40,000 nucleotides of DNA from Shewanella khirikhana (GCF_003957745.1 NZ_CP020373.1:43763-83762), one strand, 5' to 3'. Counted from the first letter of the stretch, positions 1 through 10,257 are shown. A program made the numbers and translations. Notes: a model not told the origin generated them from the sequence alone.

Positions 1-2139
1 CTTGGTCGCACCCGTATGGTGCAGTTTGAACGCATCGGCCCCGACCTGATTTTGCGTGAACTCAACACCCGCTACCGCGCCGGCAGCGACTATGCCCCCG
101 AGCAGCGGGCAGTAAAAGAAGCCTTTGCCGATTCCATTTTGTGGCGCGCCCCTGTAGTCGATGGCAAGACGGCGCTGGCTCCGCTCAACGCGCTGGTGCT
201 TAATGATTTGCACGGCGTTACCGACTCGCTGAAAGCCAGCGGGCAGGGCAATTTCAGCCTGGATAGCTCACGCTCGCTCATCATCCCCGAGTACGTGAAA
301 TCCTTCCCCAATAACAGCGATGTGGATGTGCAGCTCACCTTCGCCTCCGGCGAGCCCGGCGCCTATGTGGCCCAGGTGACGCCAGACCCCAAGGCCATCT
401 CCATCCGCATGCGTTTCTCCTTTATTGCCTTGCCTGAGGCCGGTTATCTGGCCCGCGACTATCACCCCCAAAGCGGCTATCTGTCTGATGAATATCTTGA
501 TTACGCCACCGGCATCGACCAGAGCGTAGTTAAGCGTCATCTGCTGCGCCACCGCCTGCAGAAAAAGACCCCCGGCGCCGCACCTTCCGAGGTGGTTGAG
601 CCCATAGTCTATTACCTCGACCCGGGCGTGCCCGAGCCTATCCGCAGTGCGCTGCTTGACGGCGGCCGCTGGTGGGAAGAGGCCTTCAATGCCGCCGGTT
701 TTATCAATGGCTTCAAGATGGAGCTGCTCCCTGAAGATGCCGACCCCCAGGATGTGCGCTTTAACGTGGTACAGTGGGTGCATCGCGCCAGCCGTGGCTG
801 GTCTTACGGCTCGGCCATTGCCGATCCGCGCAGCGGCGAAATCATCAAGGGCCATGTAACCCTGGGCAGCCTGCGTGTGCGTCAGGACCACCTGATTGCC
901 CGCGGCCTCACCGCCGGTTGGGAAGACAGAGACGCCGCCGCCAAGGCGTCTGAACATCTGGCGCTTGAGCGTATCCGTCAGCTGTCGGCTCATGAGATTG
1001 GCCACACCCTTGGCCTTGACCATAACTTTGCCGCCTCCAGCAACAATAATGCCTCTGTGATGGATTACCCCCATCCCATGATCAGCCTCAATGGCGGCAA
1101 GATTGATATCTCAAAGCCTTACACCCCGGGCATAGGCGAGTGGGACAAGTTTGCCATCGCCTATGGCTACGGCGACTTTGGCGCCGACGAAGCGGCGGGG
1201 CTGTCGAAACTGCTGATGGACGTGCAGACCAAGGGCCTCAGATACATAGGCGAGAGCGACTCCCGCAGTGCGGATGCCAGCCACGCCTACGCCAGCCTGT
1301 GGGATAACGGCAGCGACCCTGTGGCCGAGCTTACCCGCCTGCAGGAGGTGCGCCGCAAGGCGCTGGCCGACTTTAACCCCGAGGCCTTGCTTAAAGGCGA
1401 GCCTTTGGGCGAACTGGCTGATGCGCTGGTGCCCCTGTATCTGTTGTCGCGCTACCAGATTGAAGCCGCCACCAAGGTGATTGGTGGCGCCGATTATGGC
1501 TACGATGGTACCTACAGCTGGCACTATATGGCGCCTGAGCTGCAAAAGCAGGCATTGGGCACAGTGCTGGCCACCCTGGATACCGCCGAGCTGACCTTGC
1601 CGCGCGAACTGGTAGAAAGCCTGCTGCCCAAGCAGGGCAACTATCAGGCCAGCCGTGAAAGCTTTGCCTCGGGCCTTGGCATTCTGCCAGACCCCATCGG
1701 CATGGCCGAAGTGCTGTCCCGCCACACGGTCACTACGCTGCTTAAGCCCAAGCGCCTTAACCGGGTCGAGCAGGGCTTCCAGGGCGACAGCGAGCAGCTG
1801 TCGGTCACCACGTTAGTGGACCGCCTGTTTGCCGTGACCCTGTTCCAGGAGGGCAAGATTGGCCTTGAGCGTGGCGTCTGGATGCGCCTCAATGCCGTGA
1901 CCGTGGATGCGGTGCTGGATGCCTTCCACCACGACGACACCTCGGCCGAGGTCAAGGCGGTGCTGGGTGCCAGGCTCGCCTACGCCCAAAAGCAGCTGGA
2001 ACGTAAGTCCAGCCGCTCCAGCGAGGCCGATGCCGCCCATTACAAGTATCTGGCGCTGGGCATTGCCCGCGGCCTCGATGACGCCACTGCCCGCATCATC
2101 AAAAAGCCACTGCCAATGCCGCCGGGCTCGCCTATCTAA
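1..2139 (+). CDS. Zinc-dependent metalloprotease (DUF5117/DUF4953-type), probably 5'-truncated by the window edge
   Basis: The frame is open from base 1 (ctt ggt cgc acc cgt atg). The first in-window ATG is at 16. It carries an HExxH zinc motif, SAHEIGHTLGLDHN, followed by SVMDYP. A strong hairpin terminator lies just downstream. Confidence 0.8.
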   Translation, partial: LGRTRMVQFERIGPDLILRELNTRYRAGSDYAPEQRAVKEAFADSILWRAPVVDGKTALAPLNALVLNDLHGVTDSLKASGQGNFSLDSSRSLIIPEYVKSFPNNSDVDVQLTFASGEPGAYVAQVTPDPKAISIRMRFSFIALPEAGYLARDYHPQSGYLSDEYLDYATGIDQSVVKRHLLRHRLQKKTPGAAPSEVVEPIVYYLDPGVPEPIRSALLDGGRWWEEAFNAAGFINGFKMELLPEDADPQDVRFNVVQWVHRASRGWSYGSAIADPRSGEIIKGHVTLGSLRVRQDHLIARGLTAGWEDRDAAAKASEHLALERIRQLSAHEIGHTLGLDHNFAASSNNNASVMDYPHPMISLNGGKIDISKPYTPGIGEWDKFAIAYGYGDFGADEAAGLSKLLMDVQTKGLRYIGESDSRSADASHAYASLWDNGSDPVAELTRLQEVRRKALADFNPEALLKGEPLGELADALVPLYLLSRYQIEAATKVIGGADYGYDGTYSWHYMAPELQKQALGTVLATLDTAELTLPRELVESLLPKQGNYQASRESFASGLGILPDPIGMAEVLSRHTVTTLLKPKRLNRVEQGFQGDSEQLSVTTLVDRLFAVTLFQEGKIGLERGVWMRLNAVTVDAVLDAFHHDDTSAEVKAVLGARLAYAQKQLERKSSRSSEADAAHYKYLALGIARGLDDATARIIKKPLPMPPGSPI

Positions 2140-2158
2140 GCATTAACAGCATTGTTCT

Positions 2159-2184
2159 AAAGCCCGCATTTGCGGGCTTTTTTG
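2159..2184 (+). terminator. Rho-independent terminator of the metalloprotease gene
   Basis: GC-rich hairpin aagcccgca-tt-tgcgggctt followed by a T-run (tttttg), 20 nt after the stop codon. Confidence 0.8.
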
Positions 2185-2328
2185 TGATGGGTTGCGTCAA
2201 TCCGCTTATCTCAATCTTTCGGCGCACGCGGGGTAGGCGAAAAGGCTGCTAAAATTCAGCCTGTATAAGTTCAAAGCATGCCCCGTGGCGTCGTTGGGGC
2301 GTGATTGTGGTCAATTTCAAAGGATTGA

Positions 2329-2871
2329 ATGATGACAAGACTGGTATTTTTGCTGCTGGTACTGGCAGCGAGCTTTTTCGGCTATCGCCACTTTCTGGCG
2401 CCCATCCCCCTCGAAAGTCACTTCCTCGCCAGCATTCCGGTGAAGGTGCGTATGTTGCCTGAGCCCAATACCGCCTCGCGTATGACCGGCCAGGTGAGCG
2501 TAGAGCAGGTGGTGAACCAAAAGGCTGACAACCGCGATATGACCCTGGTGGTGCTGGCCATGGGCACTGCCTTCGATGTGTTCGACGAGCAGGACATCAA
2601 CGAGCTGTCGCTGGAAGATTTCGACAGTATCAGCCGCCGCTTTGGTACCGACTATGGCATCAATGCCTCCATCATCCGCCGTGGTTTTATTCAGCACAAT
2701 GGCAAAAAAGGCTACGAGCTGGTGATTAACCTCGGCGCCGAGAAGGGCGAGTTGGTGCAGCATATCTACACCCACGACAATCACTTACTGCTGCTGATGG
2801 CAAGCTACGCCGGTAATGACAGAGAAAAGCAAACCGCGCTGGCCTTCCTGGATTCGGTGGAGTTTCTCTGA
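2329..2871 (+). CDS. Hypothetical exported or membrane-anchored protein
   Basis: 180-aa ORF with a hydrophobic N-terminus (MMTRLVFLLLVLAASFFGY). It sits in its own intergenic context. I recognise no family motif. Confidence 0.55.
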   Translation: MMTRLVFLLLVLAASFFGYRHFLAPIPLESHFLASIPVKVRMLPEPNTASRMTGQVSVEQVVNQKADNRDMTLVVLAMGTAFDVFDEQDINELSLEDFDSISRRFGTDYGINASIIRRGFIQHNGKKGYELVINLGAEKGELVQHIYTHDNHLLLLMASYAGNDREKQTALAFLDSVEFL

Positions 2872-2925
2872 CCGGCTCTTTGCCGGTGATCCACTAAAAC
2901 TGCCTGCCCACTCCCATAAATGAAA

Positions 2926-2951
2926 CGACCGAACAGCTTGCTGTTCGGTCG
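2926..2951. terminator. Hairpin between convergent genes (possible bidirectional terminator)
   Basis: Perfect 11-bp stem cgaccgaacag / ctgttcggtcg with loop cttg. It is flanked by an A-rich stretch upstream on the plus strand, which gives a T-rich tail on the minus strand. It lies between the 3' ends of the 2329..2871 (+) gene and the RND gene (-). Confidence 0.55.
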
Positions 2952-3011
2952 CGCCGGGAAGCGTTTTTCTGTGGCGACGCCCCTTGGCCGCCGCCGGTTT
3001 AGCTTATGGGA

Positions 3012-6000
3012 CTATGGCCGTGGGTCACCTCCCATCTCGATTTTAAAGAACAGGCTGTAAATCAGCGGCAGTACTATCAGGGTCAGCAGCGATGCAAACC
3101 CCAGACCGAAGATGATGGTGACCGCCATGGATCCGAAAAAGGCGTCTGTAATCAGAGGAATCATCCCCAGCATGGTGGTAATGGCCGCCATCATTACCGG
3201 ACGTACCCGGCTGACACAGGAGTCCACCAGGGCGGCCAGGGCCGACTTGCCTGAACTGAGCTCCAGATTTATCTGATCCATCAGAACTATGCCGTTTTTG
3301 ATAACCATGCCCGACAGGCTCAAAAGCCCCAGCAGTGCCATAAAGCTGAAGGGGGCATCGAACAGCAGCAATCCTGCGGTCACGCCTATCAGGGCCAGGG
3401 GAACTGTCAGCCAGATGACCAGGGGTTGGCGCACCGAGTTGAACAGAAATACCGTGATTAAAAACATCACCAGATAACCCATGGGTATGGAGCTGAATAC
3501 CGCTTCCTGTGCTTCGCCCGAGGACTCAAATTCGCCGCCCCATTCCAGGCTGTAGCCCGCAGGCAGGGGGATGGCTTCTACCTTGGCCTTAACCTTTCTC
3601 AGTACAGAGTCGGCGGTTTCATCCGAACCCAGTTTGGGATCGGCCATCACCGTCAGTACCCGCTTGCGATCCCGGCGCATCAGCAGCGGGTTTTCCCATT
3701 CGGTGGCAAAGTCGCTCACCAACTGGGACACGGGCACAAAGCTGGCGTGCTCCTGACTCCAAATCTGTAACTCCCACAGGTTGTCGGCCTGCAGTCGCTC
3801 GTCTGCCGGCGCTCTGGCTAATATGGGCAGCGAGTGGCTGGTCTCGCGATAGAGACCTATCTGCTTGCCGCTGAAGTTGAGCAGCAGCGCCTGATCGAGA
3901 TCCTGCTTGCTGATACCACTCTCCCGCGCCCTGGCGGTTTGCAGTTGTGGCCGGATAAGCGCCACCTGATTGCGCCAGTCGTGGCGTATGGCATCCATGG
4001 TGGGCTCGGCGCTGAAAATGGCCTCTGCCTGGGCAGCCAGACTCCTTAAGGTCTCGGGGTTGTCACCGTAGAAACGGGCCTCAATCTTGGCCGCCGGTGA
4101 GGGACCGTTCTCCATCTTGGTTAACCTGAATTGAGCCTGGGGATATTCCTGGCGCAGGAAGTCTTCCAGCAGTGGCATATAGGCCCCGAGTGACGCCAGA
4201 TCCCGCATCTCCACTATCAACTGTGCATAGGCTGGGTAGGCCTTCTCCGGCTGATAAGGCAGCACAAAGCGCTGGGCGCCCTGGCCTATGACTGTGGTTA
4301 TTTGCTGCAGGCCCTGGTCTGCCTGCTGGCTACGGCTCAGCAGTGTCGTTTCTATTGCGGCGGTGAAACGCTCGGTCGCCCTGATATCCGTGCCCTCAGG
4401 CATCCAGACATCGACGAAGAAGATAGGGGTGTTCGATGCCGGAAAGAACACATTCTTGATATGGCCAAAACCCATCACCGCCGATACCAGCATGGCCAGC
4501 ACCAACGCCAGGCTCGCGAGCCGAAAGCGCAGGGCGAACATCAGCACAGCGCGGTACAGGGTAAAGAACCAGCCCTTATAGGGATCGGCCTCATCCTCCG
4601 CTGGCGGCGTATCTTTGAACAGCAGATGGCAAAAGAAGGGCGTGATGGTGATTGCCGTTATCCAGCTGATAAACAGAGAAATCATCAGCACCTGGAACAG
4701 GGAGCGGCAAAATTCACCGGCGGCATTCTGCGACAGGCCTATGGGGGCGAAGGCGATAATGGCGATGACGGTTGCTCCCAGCAGCGGCCACTGGGTCTGG
4801 GCAACTATCTGGCTGGCGGCTTCGAGGCGGCTCTTGCCCCGGCGCAGACCTATGAGGATGCCCTCGGTAACCACAATGGCGTTATCCACCAGCATCCCCA
4901 GTGCGATAATCAGCGCCCCCAGTGAAATGAGCTGCAGCTCTATGTTCAGCAGCTTCATCACTATGAAGGTGCCCAGAATTGTCAGCAGCAGAATCAGCCC
5001 CATCAGCAGGCCGGATCTCAGCCCCATGAACAGCAATAGCACGGCTATCACGATGGCGATGGATTCGAGCACATTGATAAGAAAGCCGCTGACCGTCTCG
5101 TCCACCGCCAGACCCTGGTTGTAAACGGTATCCAGCTTCATGCCCAGGGGCCGCTCGGACTCCAGTTCCACCAACCGTTTTTGTATGTCGGCCGCTACCT
5201 CAACCACGTTCACGCCGCCGGAAAAGGCGATTCCCAACGACAGGGCATTCTGGCCCTGGCTGCGATACAGCTGCTCCGGGGTCTCGTCATACACCTTGTC
5301 AATATGGGCAATATCACCCAGATGGATAAGCTCCGGGCTGCCCTGGGGGCTGACAATCAGCCGCGCCAGATCCTGCACGCTGGTGAACTCACCGGTGGGG
5401 TGAATACGGATGCGATTATCACCCACCAGCAGGCTGCCGGCGTTGGACACCACGTTTTGATTCTGAATAAGGCCATGGATATAGCTTTGATCCAAACCAA
5501 GGGCCGAGAGCTTTTGCTGGGATATTTCGACCACGACCTGTTCGGTCACCTTACCGGCCACCGACACCTTTTTCACTCCGGGAACCAGCACCAGCTCACG
5601 GCGCAGTAAATCGGCATAGTTGCTCAGCTCGCGGTTGCTGTAATCGGGCCCGGACAGATTAAGCAGTATGCCGAACACGTCGCCGAAGTCGTCCATCACC
5701 CTGGGGGTGCCCGTGCCCGGCGGCAATAGTCCGGCACTGTCATTGACCTTGCGACGCACCTCATCCCACACCTGTGGCAGGCTATGCTTGTCATACTTGT
5801 CTTTGATTTCTATGCGGATCTGCGACAGCCCAGCGCTGTTGATTGAGTTGATGTGCTTGATGCCGTCCAGCTGCTGCAGGGCGTCTTCAAGGGGCAGTGT
5901 CACCTCTTCTTCCACCTGCTCCGGTGAGGCGCCCGGATAGGGGGTAATGACCAGGGCTTCCTTGATGGTGAACTCTGGAAACTCCAGCTGGCCCAGGCCG

Positions 6001-6089
6001 CTGAAGGCAATGGCGCCGCCCAGGAGCAACAGCAAGGCGAACATCCAACTGATGACCTTGTGGCGAATCGAATATTCAGCAAGATTCAT
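3012..6089 (-). CDS. RND efflux transporter permease (AcrB/HAE1-like inner-membrane subunit)
   Basis: About 1025 aa with the typical N-terminus MNLAEYSIRHKVISWMF. Hydrophobic TM clusters alternate with two large periplasmic loops. It lies immediately downstream of an MFP adaptor gene. The ORF track starts at 6101, but the ATG at 6089 gives the canonical N-terminus and abuts the adaptor stop codon. Confidence 0.9.
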   Translation of the reverse strand: MNLAEYSIRHKVISWMFALLLLLGGAIAFSGLGQLEFPEFTIKEALVITPYPGASPEQVEEEVTLPLEDALQQLDGIKHINSINSAGLSQIRIEIKDKYDKHSLPQVWDEVRRKVNDSAGLLPPGTGTPRVMDDFGDVFGILLNLSGPDYSNRELSNYADLLRRELVLVPGVKKVSVAGKVTEQVVVEISQQKLSALGLDQSYIHGLIQNQNVVSNAGSLLVGDNRIRIHPTGEFTSVQDLARLIVSPQGSPELIHLGDIAHIDKVYDETPEQLYRSQGQNALSLGIAFSGGVNVVEVAADIQKRLVELESERPLGMKLDTVYNQGLAVDETVSGFLINVLESIAIVIAVLLLFMGLRSGLLMGLILLLTILGTFIVMKLLNIELQLISLGALIIALGMLVDNAIVVTEGILIGLRRGKSRLEAASQIVAQTQWPLLGATVIAIIAFAPIGLSQNAAGEFCRSLFQVLMISLFISWITAITITPFFCHLLFKDTPPAEDEADPYKGWFFTLYRAVLMFALRFRLASLALVLAMLVSAVMGFGHIKNVFFPASNTPIFFVDVWMPEGTDIRATERFTAAIETTLLSRSQQADQGLQQITTVIGQGAQRFVLPYQPEKAYPAYAQLIVEMRDLASLGAYMPLLEDFLRQEYPQAQFRLTKMENGPSPAAKIEARFYGDNPETLRSLAAQAEAIFSAEPTMDAIRHDWRNQVALIRPQLQTARARESGISKQDLDQALLLNFSGKQIGLYRETSHSLPILARAPADERLQADNLWELQIWSQEHASFVPVSQLVSDFATEWENPLLMRRDRKRVLTVMADPKLGSDETADSVLRKVKAKVEAIPLPAGYSLEWGGEFESSGEAQEAVFSSIPMGYLVMFLITVFLFNSVRQPLVIWLTVPLALIGVTAGLLLFDAPFSFMALLGLLSLSGMVIKNGIVLMDQINLELSSGKSALAALVDSCVSRVRPVMMAAITTMLGMIPLITDAFFGSMAVTIIFGLGFASLLTLIVLPLIYSLFFKIEMGGDPRP

Positions 6090-6090
6090 C

Positions 6091-7167
6091 TCAAACCCCA
6101 CGTTGCCAGTGCAATGGCTTTACCTGCATGCCCGCACTGAGCTGGCTTATACCGGCGCTGACGATTTGATCCCCGCGTTGCAGACCGCTGAGCACTTCTA
6201 TGCCCTCGGCGCGCACCCGTCCCAGGGTAACGGGTACGGCATCGACCTGACCTGAAGTGGGCTGGTAACGCCATACCCGCACCAAACCGTCGGCATCGCT
6301 CTTATCCAGTGCCGACACAGGCACTACGGCGATGGGCTGGCCATCGCCATCAAGACGGAAGCTCAGCTCGGCACTCATGCCGGGCAGCAGTTGGACAGCG
6401 TCCGGCTGGGGCAGGGAGAACACCAGTTCATAGGCCTGGGTGCCCGGGGTTATTTCAGTGGAGTATTCCTTGAAATTGGCCTTGAAGCTGTGGCCGGGAA
6501 AGGCGCTGAAGCTCACATTGGCATCCAGTTTCGCAAGCCCGCTGGCTTGTTTCAGGTCGGCCAACAGGCTCTCGGGCACCTGCACACTGACATCCAGCAG
6601 GCGGTTATTTTGCAGCGTCAGCACCGTCTGATTGGGCTGAACCTGCTGGTGATTGTCCACCAGACGCTTGGCAACCGTGCCGGAAAAGGGCGCCGTCAGC
6701 TGGGTGTAGCTTAGCTGGTCCCGAGCGGCAGCCAGCGCCGCTTTGGCGGATTTCAGTTGGGCCTGGATGGTGTCAAATTCGGCCTGGGAAATCAGCTTGC
6801 GTTTGAGCAGCTCAGCCTTGCGCTCATAATCGGCGGCCAGCAGCTCATGCTCCGCCTCCCGGGCCATCAGATTATTGCGTGCATCCCTGTCATCGAGGCG
6901 GGCGAGCAGACTACCGGCGCTGACACCCTGACCCTCCACCAGCGTCAGCTCGGTCAACTGGCCCGCAATCCGGAACGCCAGGTCGGCGCGACTGTTGGCC
7001 GTTACCCGCGCCGGGAAACTGCGCTGCCCCCCCGCGAGGGGATCTTCGATGGCGATGAGTTTCACCGGACGGATTGTCGGCGCGGGTATGGCGCTCTCGG
7101 CCTCCATACAGCCGCTGACGAGCAGGGGCATGGCGAGTGCGAGTGGAATTATCAAGCGGGTTCTCAT
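6091..7167 (-). CDS. RND efflux periplasmic adaptor (membrane fusion protein), lipoprotein
   Basis: 358 aa with a lipoprotein-type signal ending LLVSGC. It has a coiled-coil-rich middle (LLKRKLISQAEFDTIQAQLKSAKAALAAARDQLSYT) and HlyD-like barrel segments. It is translationally adjacent to the RND permease. Confidence 0.88.
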   Translation of the reverse strand: MRTRLIIPLALAMPLLVSGCMEAESAIPAPTIRPVKLIAIEDPLAGGQRSFPARVTANSRADLAFRIAGQLTELTLVEGQGVSAGSLLARLDDRDARNNLMAREAEHELLAADYERKAELLKRKLISQAEFDTIQAQLKSAKAALAAARDQLSYTQLTAPFSGTVAKRLVDNHQQVQPNQTVLTLQNNRLLDVSVQVPESLLADLKQASGLAKLDANVSFSAFPGHSFKANFKEYSTEITPGTQAYELVFSLPQPDAVQLLPGMSAELSFRLDGDGQPIAVVPVSALDKSDADGLVRVWRYQPTSGQVDAVPVTLGRVRAEGIEVLSGLQRGDQIVSAGISQLSAGMQVKPLHWQRGV

Positions 7168-7299
7168 CGGCGCTGTTCCTTGTGGGGCATGTTCAACAGG
7201 CGCGAAGATAGCAGTTTAATCTGTTGCTAAAAACGGGATTGTTTGGAATTATTGGTTCCGAAAAATGCAACTGTTGTTGGGCGTGGAGAGTGCTGAAAC
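7168..7299. promoter_or_regulatory. Divergent promoter/operator region between the efflux operon and the LysR regulator
   Basis: 132-bp AT-enriched spacer between divergent starts. It contains the dyads ggaa-N7-ttcc (7244-7258) and caac-t-gttg (about 7268-7276), which could be LysR-type boxes. This is purely positional and pattern inference. Confidence 0.3.
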
Positions 7300-8232
7300 A
7301 TGAAAACCGAAGATATTGCCCTGTTCCACCGCATCGTTGAGACCGGCAGTTTGGTGGCGGCGGCGGACCTGCTCAACCTGCCCAAGTCCACCCTGAGCAG
7401 GCGTCTGCAAAGCCTGGAGGAAGAACTTAAGGTCAAGCTGTTCCATCGCCAGGCCCGGGTCATCAGCCTGACTGCCGCCGGAACTCATTTCTACCAAAAG
7501 TCTCTGGGGATACTCTCACAACTGGATGAGACCCTGATCGAGCTGACCGGGGATGATGCCGAACTCACTGGTCACCTGAGGATCCAGATGTTCCCCCTGC
7601 CTGAAACCGCTATCCTGAACCGGCTGATTTTCCGCTTTATGGCGCTGCATCCCAGGTTGACGGTGGAAGTGATAGACAGCACCGAAGTGGTCGACATGGT
7701 CAAAGCCCACCTGGATGTGGCCTTTCTGATTGAAAACTCCATCGAAGAGCAGGACCTGGTGGCAAAACCTGTGCTGACCACAGAGCTGGGGTTCTTTGCC
7801 AGCCCGGAATACCTGGCCCGCTGCGGCGAGCCCCGTACCCTTAGCGATATGGCTGACCACAATGTCGCCCTGTATCGGCTGGTCAACGGCCGGATATTCA
7901 ATGAATTTGAGGTGGGCATGGGGCCGGAGGTGGTCAAGGTCAAGGTGCAGGGCAACTTCTGCACCAACAATCTGGTATTGACGAGGGAATATGCCCTGCT
8001 GGGCAAGGGCATAGTCTATTTACCGGCGGAAATGTGTGACGCCTATCTGGCCACGGGACAACTGCGGCAGTTGTTGCCGGATTTCCAACCCTATGTGGGC
8101 GAGTGCTTTCTGGTGTATCCGTCAAGGCGCTTCGTCAGCCAGGCGTGTCGCCGTTTTATCGACTTTGTTCTGCAGGAGCTGACGCCGGACGGCAAACCCA
8201 TGTCGATGCGCAGCGCCGTCGAGCCAGGTTAA
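7300..8232 (+). CDS. LysR-family transcriptional regulator
   Basis: 310 aa with an N-terminal wHTH (IALFHRIVETGSLVAAADLLNLPKSTLSRRLQSLEEEL) and a LysR substrate-binding-type C-terminus. It is divergent from the efflux operon. Confidence 0.9.
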   Translation: MKTEDIALFHRIVETGSLVAAADLLNLPKSTLSRRLQSLEEELKVKLFHRQARVISLTAAGTHFYQKSLGILSQLDETLIELTGDDAELTGHLRIQMFPLPETAILNRLIFRFMALHPRLTVEVIDSTEVVDMVKAHLDVAFLIENSIEEQDLVAKPVLTTELGFFASPEYLARCGEPRTLSDMADHNVALYRLVNGRIFNEFEVGMGPEVVKVKVQGNFCTNNLVLTREYALLGKGIVYLPAEMCDAYLATGQLRQLLPDFQPYVGECFLVYPSRRFVSQACRRFIDFVLQELTPDGKPMSMRSAVEPG

Positions 8233-8283
8233 TTGGCGCCCGATAAGCTTTCAAAGGCCGGAATCCAGGGTGCTGAGGGGGAT

Positions 8284-8346
8284 GGTGAATGGTGGGTTGT
8301 GAAGGGTGAAGGGTGAATGGTGAAGGGTGAATGGTGAAGGGTGAAT
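8284..8346. repeat. Heptamer microsatellite (GGTGAAK)x9, followed by (GGTAGAC)x2 at 8355-8368
   Basis: Read directly as ggtgaat ggtgggt tgtgaag ggtgaag ggtgaat ggtgaag ggtgaat ggtgaag ggtgaat. It lies between the convergent 3' ends of the LysR and MATE genes. Confidence 0.9.
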
Positions 8347-8374
8347 TGGGAATAGGTAGACGGTAGACGAGGGC

Positions 8375-9742
8375 CTAGCTCCTCGCCTTCGCGTCCGCGC
8401 CCAGCACATTGTCTGGCTCTGTCACACGTCCTGCCAGCAAATAACAGGCAATGCCCATCAGGGCGTTGGTCAGCGGCAGTGCCAGCATCAGTCCCTTTAC
8501 CCCATAGAGGAAAGAGCCCAGGGCGCACAGCGGCAGCATCAGTAAAAACAGCCGGCACACATTGATAATCAGCGACGCCATCGGCCGGTGGAAGGCGTTA
8601 AAGGAGGTGGCCACTATGATCACCACCCCCAGCGGGCCGTAGGCGGCGGGCAGGGCGATAATGTAGAAGGTTAGCCATTCCACCACCTGTGGGTCATCAC
8701 TGAAGAGCCCGGCAATGGGGCCTGCCAGCAATGCCAGTGGTATATACAACAGGAACTGGAACAAGAGCACAAAGCGCAGCGACATCATCAGCGCTTCCCG
8801 CGCCCGCTGTGGCTGACCCGCCCCCAGGTTTTGCGCCACAAAGGGCATCAGGCTCGATGACAGCGCCATCACCACAATGAGCAGCACAGACTCGAGCCGG
8901 GTACCGGCACCGAAGGCCGCCACAGCGCCGTGGTCGATACGGGCCAGCATGGCCATGATCACGGCATTGGCAATGGGGTTCATCAGGTTCATCAGCGCCG
9001 CTGGCTGGGCAATGTGCGCCAGCCGTTTCCAGTTATCCCTAAGCCGCGACCACACCACTTCGGTGAGGGTCAGCATCCGCCGTTTGACGATAAGCAGATA
9101 ACCCGAGAGCGACATGGCCACCACCCAGGAAATCACGCTGGCAATGGCGGCGCCTTCGATTTCGAGCCGTGGGAAGGGACCAATACCGAAAATCAGCAAG
9201 GGGTCGAGAATAAGGTTGATAATGGCCGCCAGCGCCATGATTTTGGCCGGTGACTTGGTATCGCCGGTGGCGCGAAGCCCTTGATTACCCACCATTAACA
9301 GCACCAGCAGCGGGCAGCCCAGATACCACACCAGCATGTATTCATGAATGAGCGGCAGGCTTTTTTCGTTGGCCCCAAGCAGGCTGAACAGCGGGTCGAT
9401 AAATACCAGTCCCAGCGAGGCGAGGGTGCCTATCAGGGCAAAGGTCAGCAGCAATGCATCGTGCAAAAACACCTTGGCTTCGGGGGCACTGCCCGAACCA
9501 ATTAAACGGCCAAGATTGGTGGAAACCCCGGCGCCTATGCCCACGGCAATACTGGACAGCACCAGGGTAACGGGAAAGGTAAAGCTGATGGCGGCCAGGG
9601 CTTCGGTGCCCAATTGGCTGATAAAAAAAGTGTCGACCAGACTGAACCCCAGAATGGTCAAAATCCCCAGCATGTTGGGCAGGGTCATTTTTAACAGTAC
9701 AGAGCCAATCGGCGCTGTTAAAAGGCCGTGTCTGTCTTTCAT
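8375..9742 (-). CDS. MATE-family multidrug/toxin efflux transporter
   Basis: About 455 aa and highly hydrophobic, with a 12-TM pattern. The typical MATE N-terminus is present (LLKMTLPNMLGILTILGFSLVDTFFISQLG). The ORF-track start at 9751 is a TTG, so the ATG at 9742 (MKDRHGLL) is preferred. Confidence 0.85.
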   Translation of the reverse strand: MKDRHGLLTAPIGSVLLKMTLPNMLGILTILGFSLVDTFFISQLGTEALAAISFTFPVTLVLSSIAVGIGAGVSTNLGRLIGSGSAPEAKVFLHDALLLTFALIGTLASLGLVFIDPLFSLLGANEKSLPLIHEYMLVWYLGCPLLVLLMVGNQGLRATGDTKSPAKIMALAAIINLILDPLLIFGIGPFPRLEIEGAAIASVISWVVAMSLSGYLLIVKRRMLTLTEVVWSRLRDNWKRLAHIAQPAALMNLMNPIANAVIMAMLARIDHGAVAAFGAGTRLESVLLIVVMALSSSLMPFVAQNLGAGQPQRAREALMMSLRFVLLFQFLLYIPLALLAGPIAGLFSDDPQVVEWLTFYIIALPAAYGPLGVVIIVATSFNAFHRPMASLIINVCRLFLLMLPLCALGSFLYGVKGLMLALPLTNALMGIACYLLAGRVTEPDNVLGADAKARS

Positions 9743-9844
9743 GGGGGCCAAAATACTCTTATTGCGGTGCGAGGCGCGATTCTAACAGGAATGATGACGG
9801 CGAACGAAAAGCCAGGCCAAAAAAATCCAAAAAATTTTGTAAAT

Positions 9845-9880
9845 CCCCCTTGAGTCCCTTGGCCCCTGTCCCCATATAGA
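9845..9880 (+). promoter_or_regulatory. Sigma-32 (RpoH) heat-shock promoter of groESL
   Basis: ccccCTTGAG (9849-9854), a 15-nt spacer, then CCCCATATA (9870-9878). This matches the consensus CTTGAA-N13-17-CCCCATNT. It lies about 90 nt upstream of groES. Confidence 0.75.
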
Positions 9881-9966
9881 CTTCATCGAGCGGCATGCCC
9901 GTAAGGGAAGCTGCGACTTCAAAAACCGCTCATTGCTGGGCAAAAAATCTTTAGGAGAATCCATAG

Positions 9967-10257
9967 ATGAATATTCGTCCATTACATGACCGCGTAATCG
10001 TTAAGCGTCTGGAAGTGGAATCCACTTCAGCTGGTGGCATTGTGCTGACCGGCAGCGCGGCTGAAAAGTCTACCCGTGGCGAAGTGCTGGCGGTAGGCAA
10101 TGGCCGGATCCTTGAGAACGGCACCGTACGTCCACTGGATGTAAAAGTTGGTGACCAGGTGATCTTCAACGAAGGTTACGGCGTGAAGAAAGAAAAAATC
10201 GACGGTCAGGAAGTGCTGATCCTGTCCGAAATGGATCTGATGGCTGTAGTGGAATAA
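9967..10257 (+). CDS. groES: Co-chaperonin GroES
   Basis: 96 aa, [47 protein letters not shown]..., the canonical GroES sequence. It lies directly upstream of groEL. Confidence 0.98.
   Translation: MNIRPLHDRVIVKRLEVESTSAGGIVLTGSAAEKSTRGEVLAVGNGRILENGTVRPLDVKVGDQVIFNEGYGVKKEKIDGQEVLILSEMDLMAVVE

Noticed and set aside
268-7230. Numerous 60-270-aa ORFs antisense to or overlapping the metalloprotease, RND and MFP genes (for example 268..1074, 1111..1725, 4302..4925, 4615..5124, 5181..5609, 6757..7230).
   Set aside because: All lie within well-supported long genes on the other strand or in another frame. They have biased Arg/Gly/Ala/His compositions typical of off-frame translation of G+C-rich DNA.
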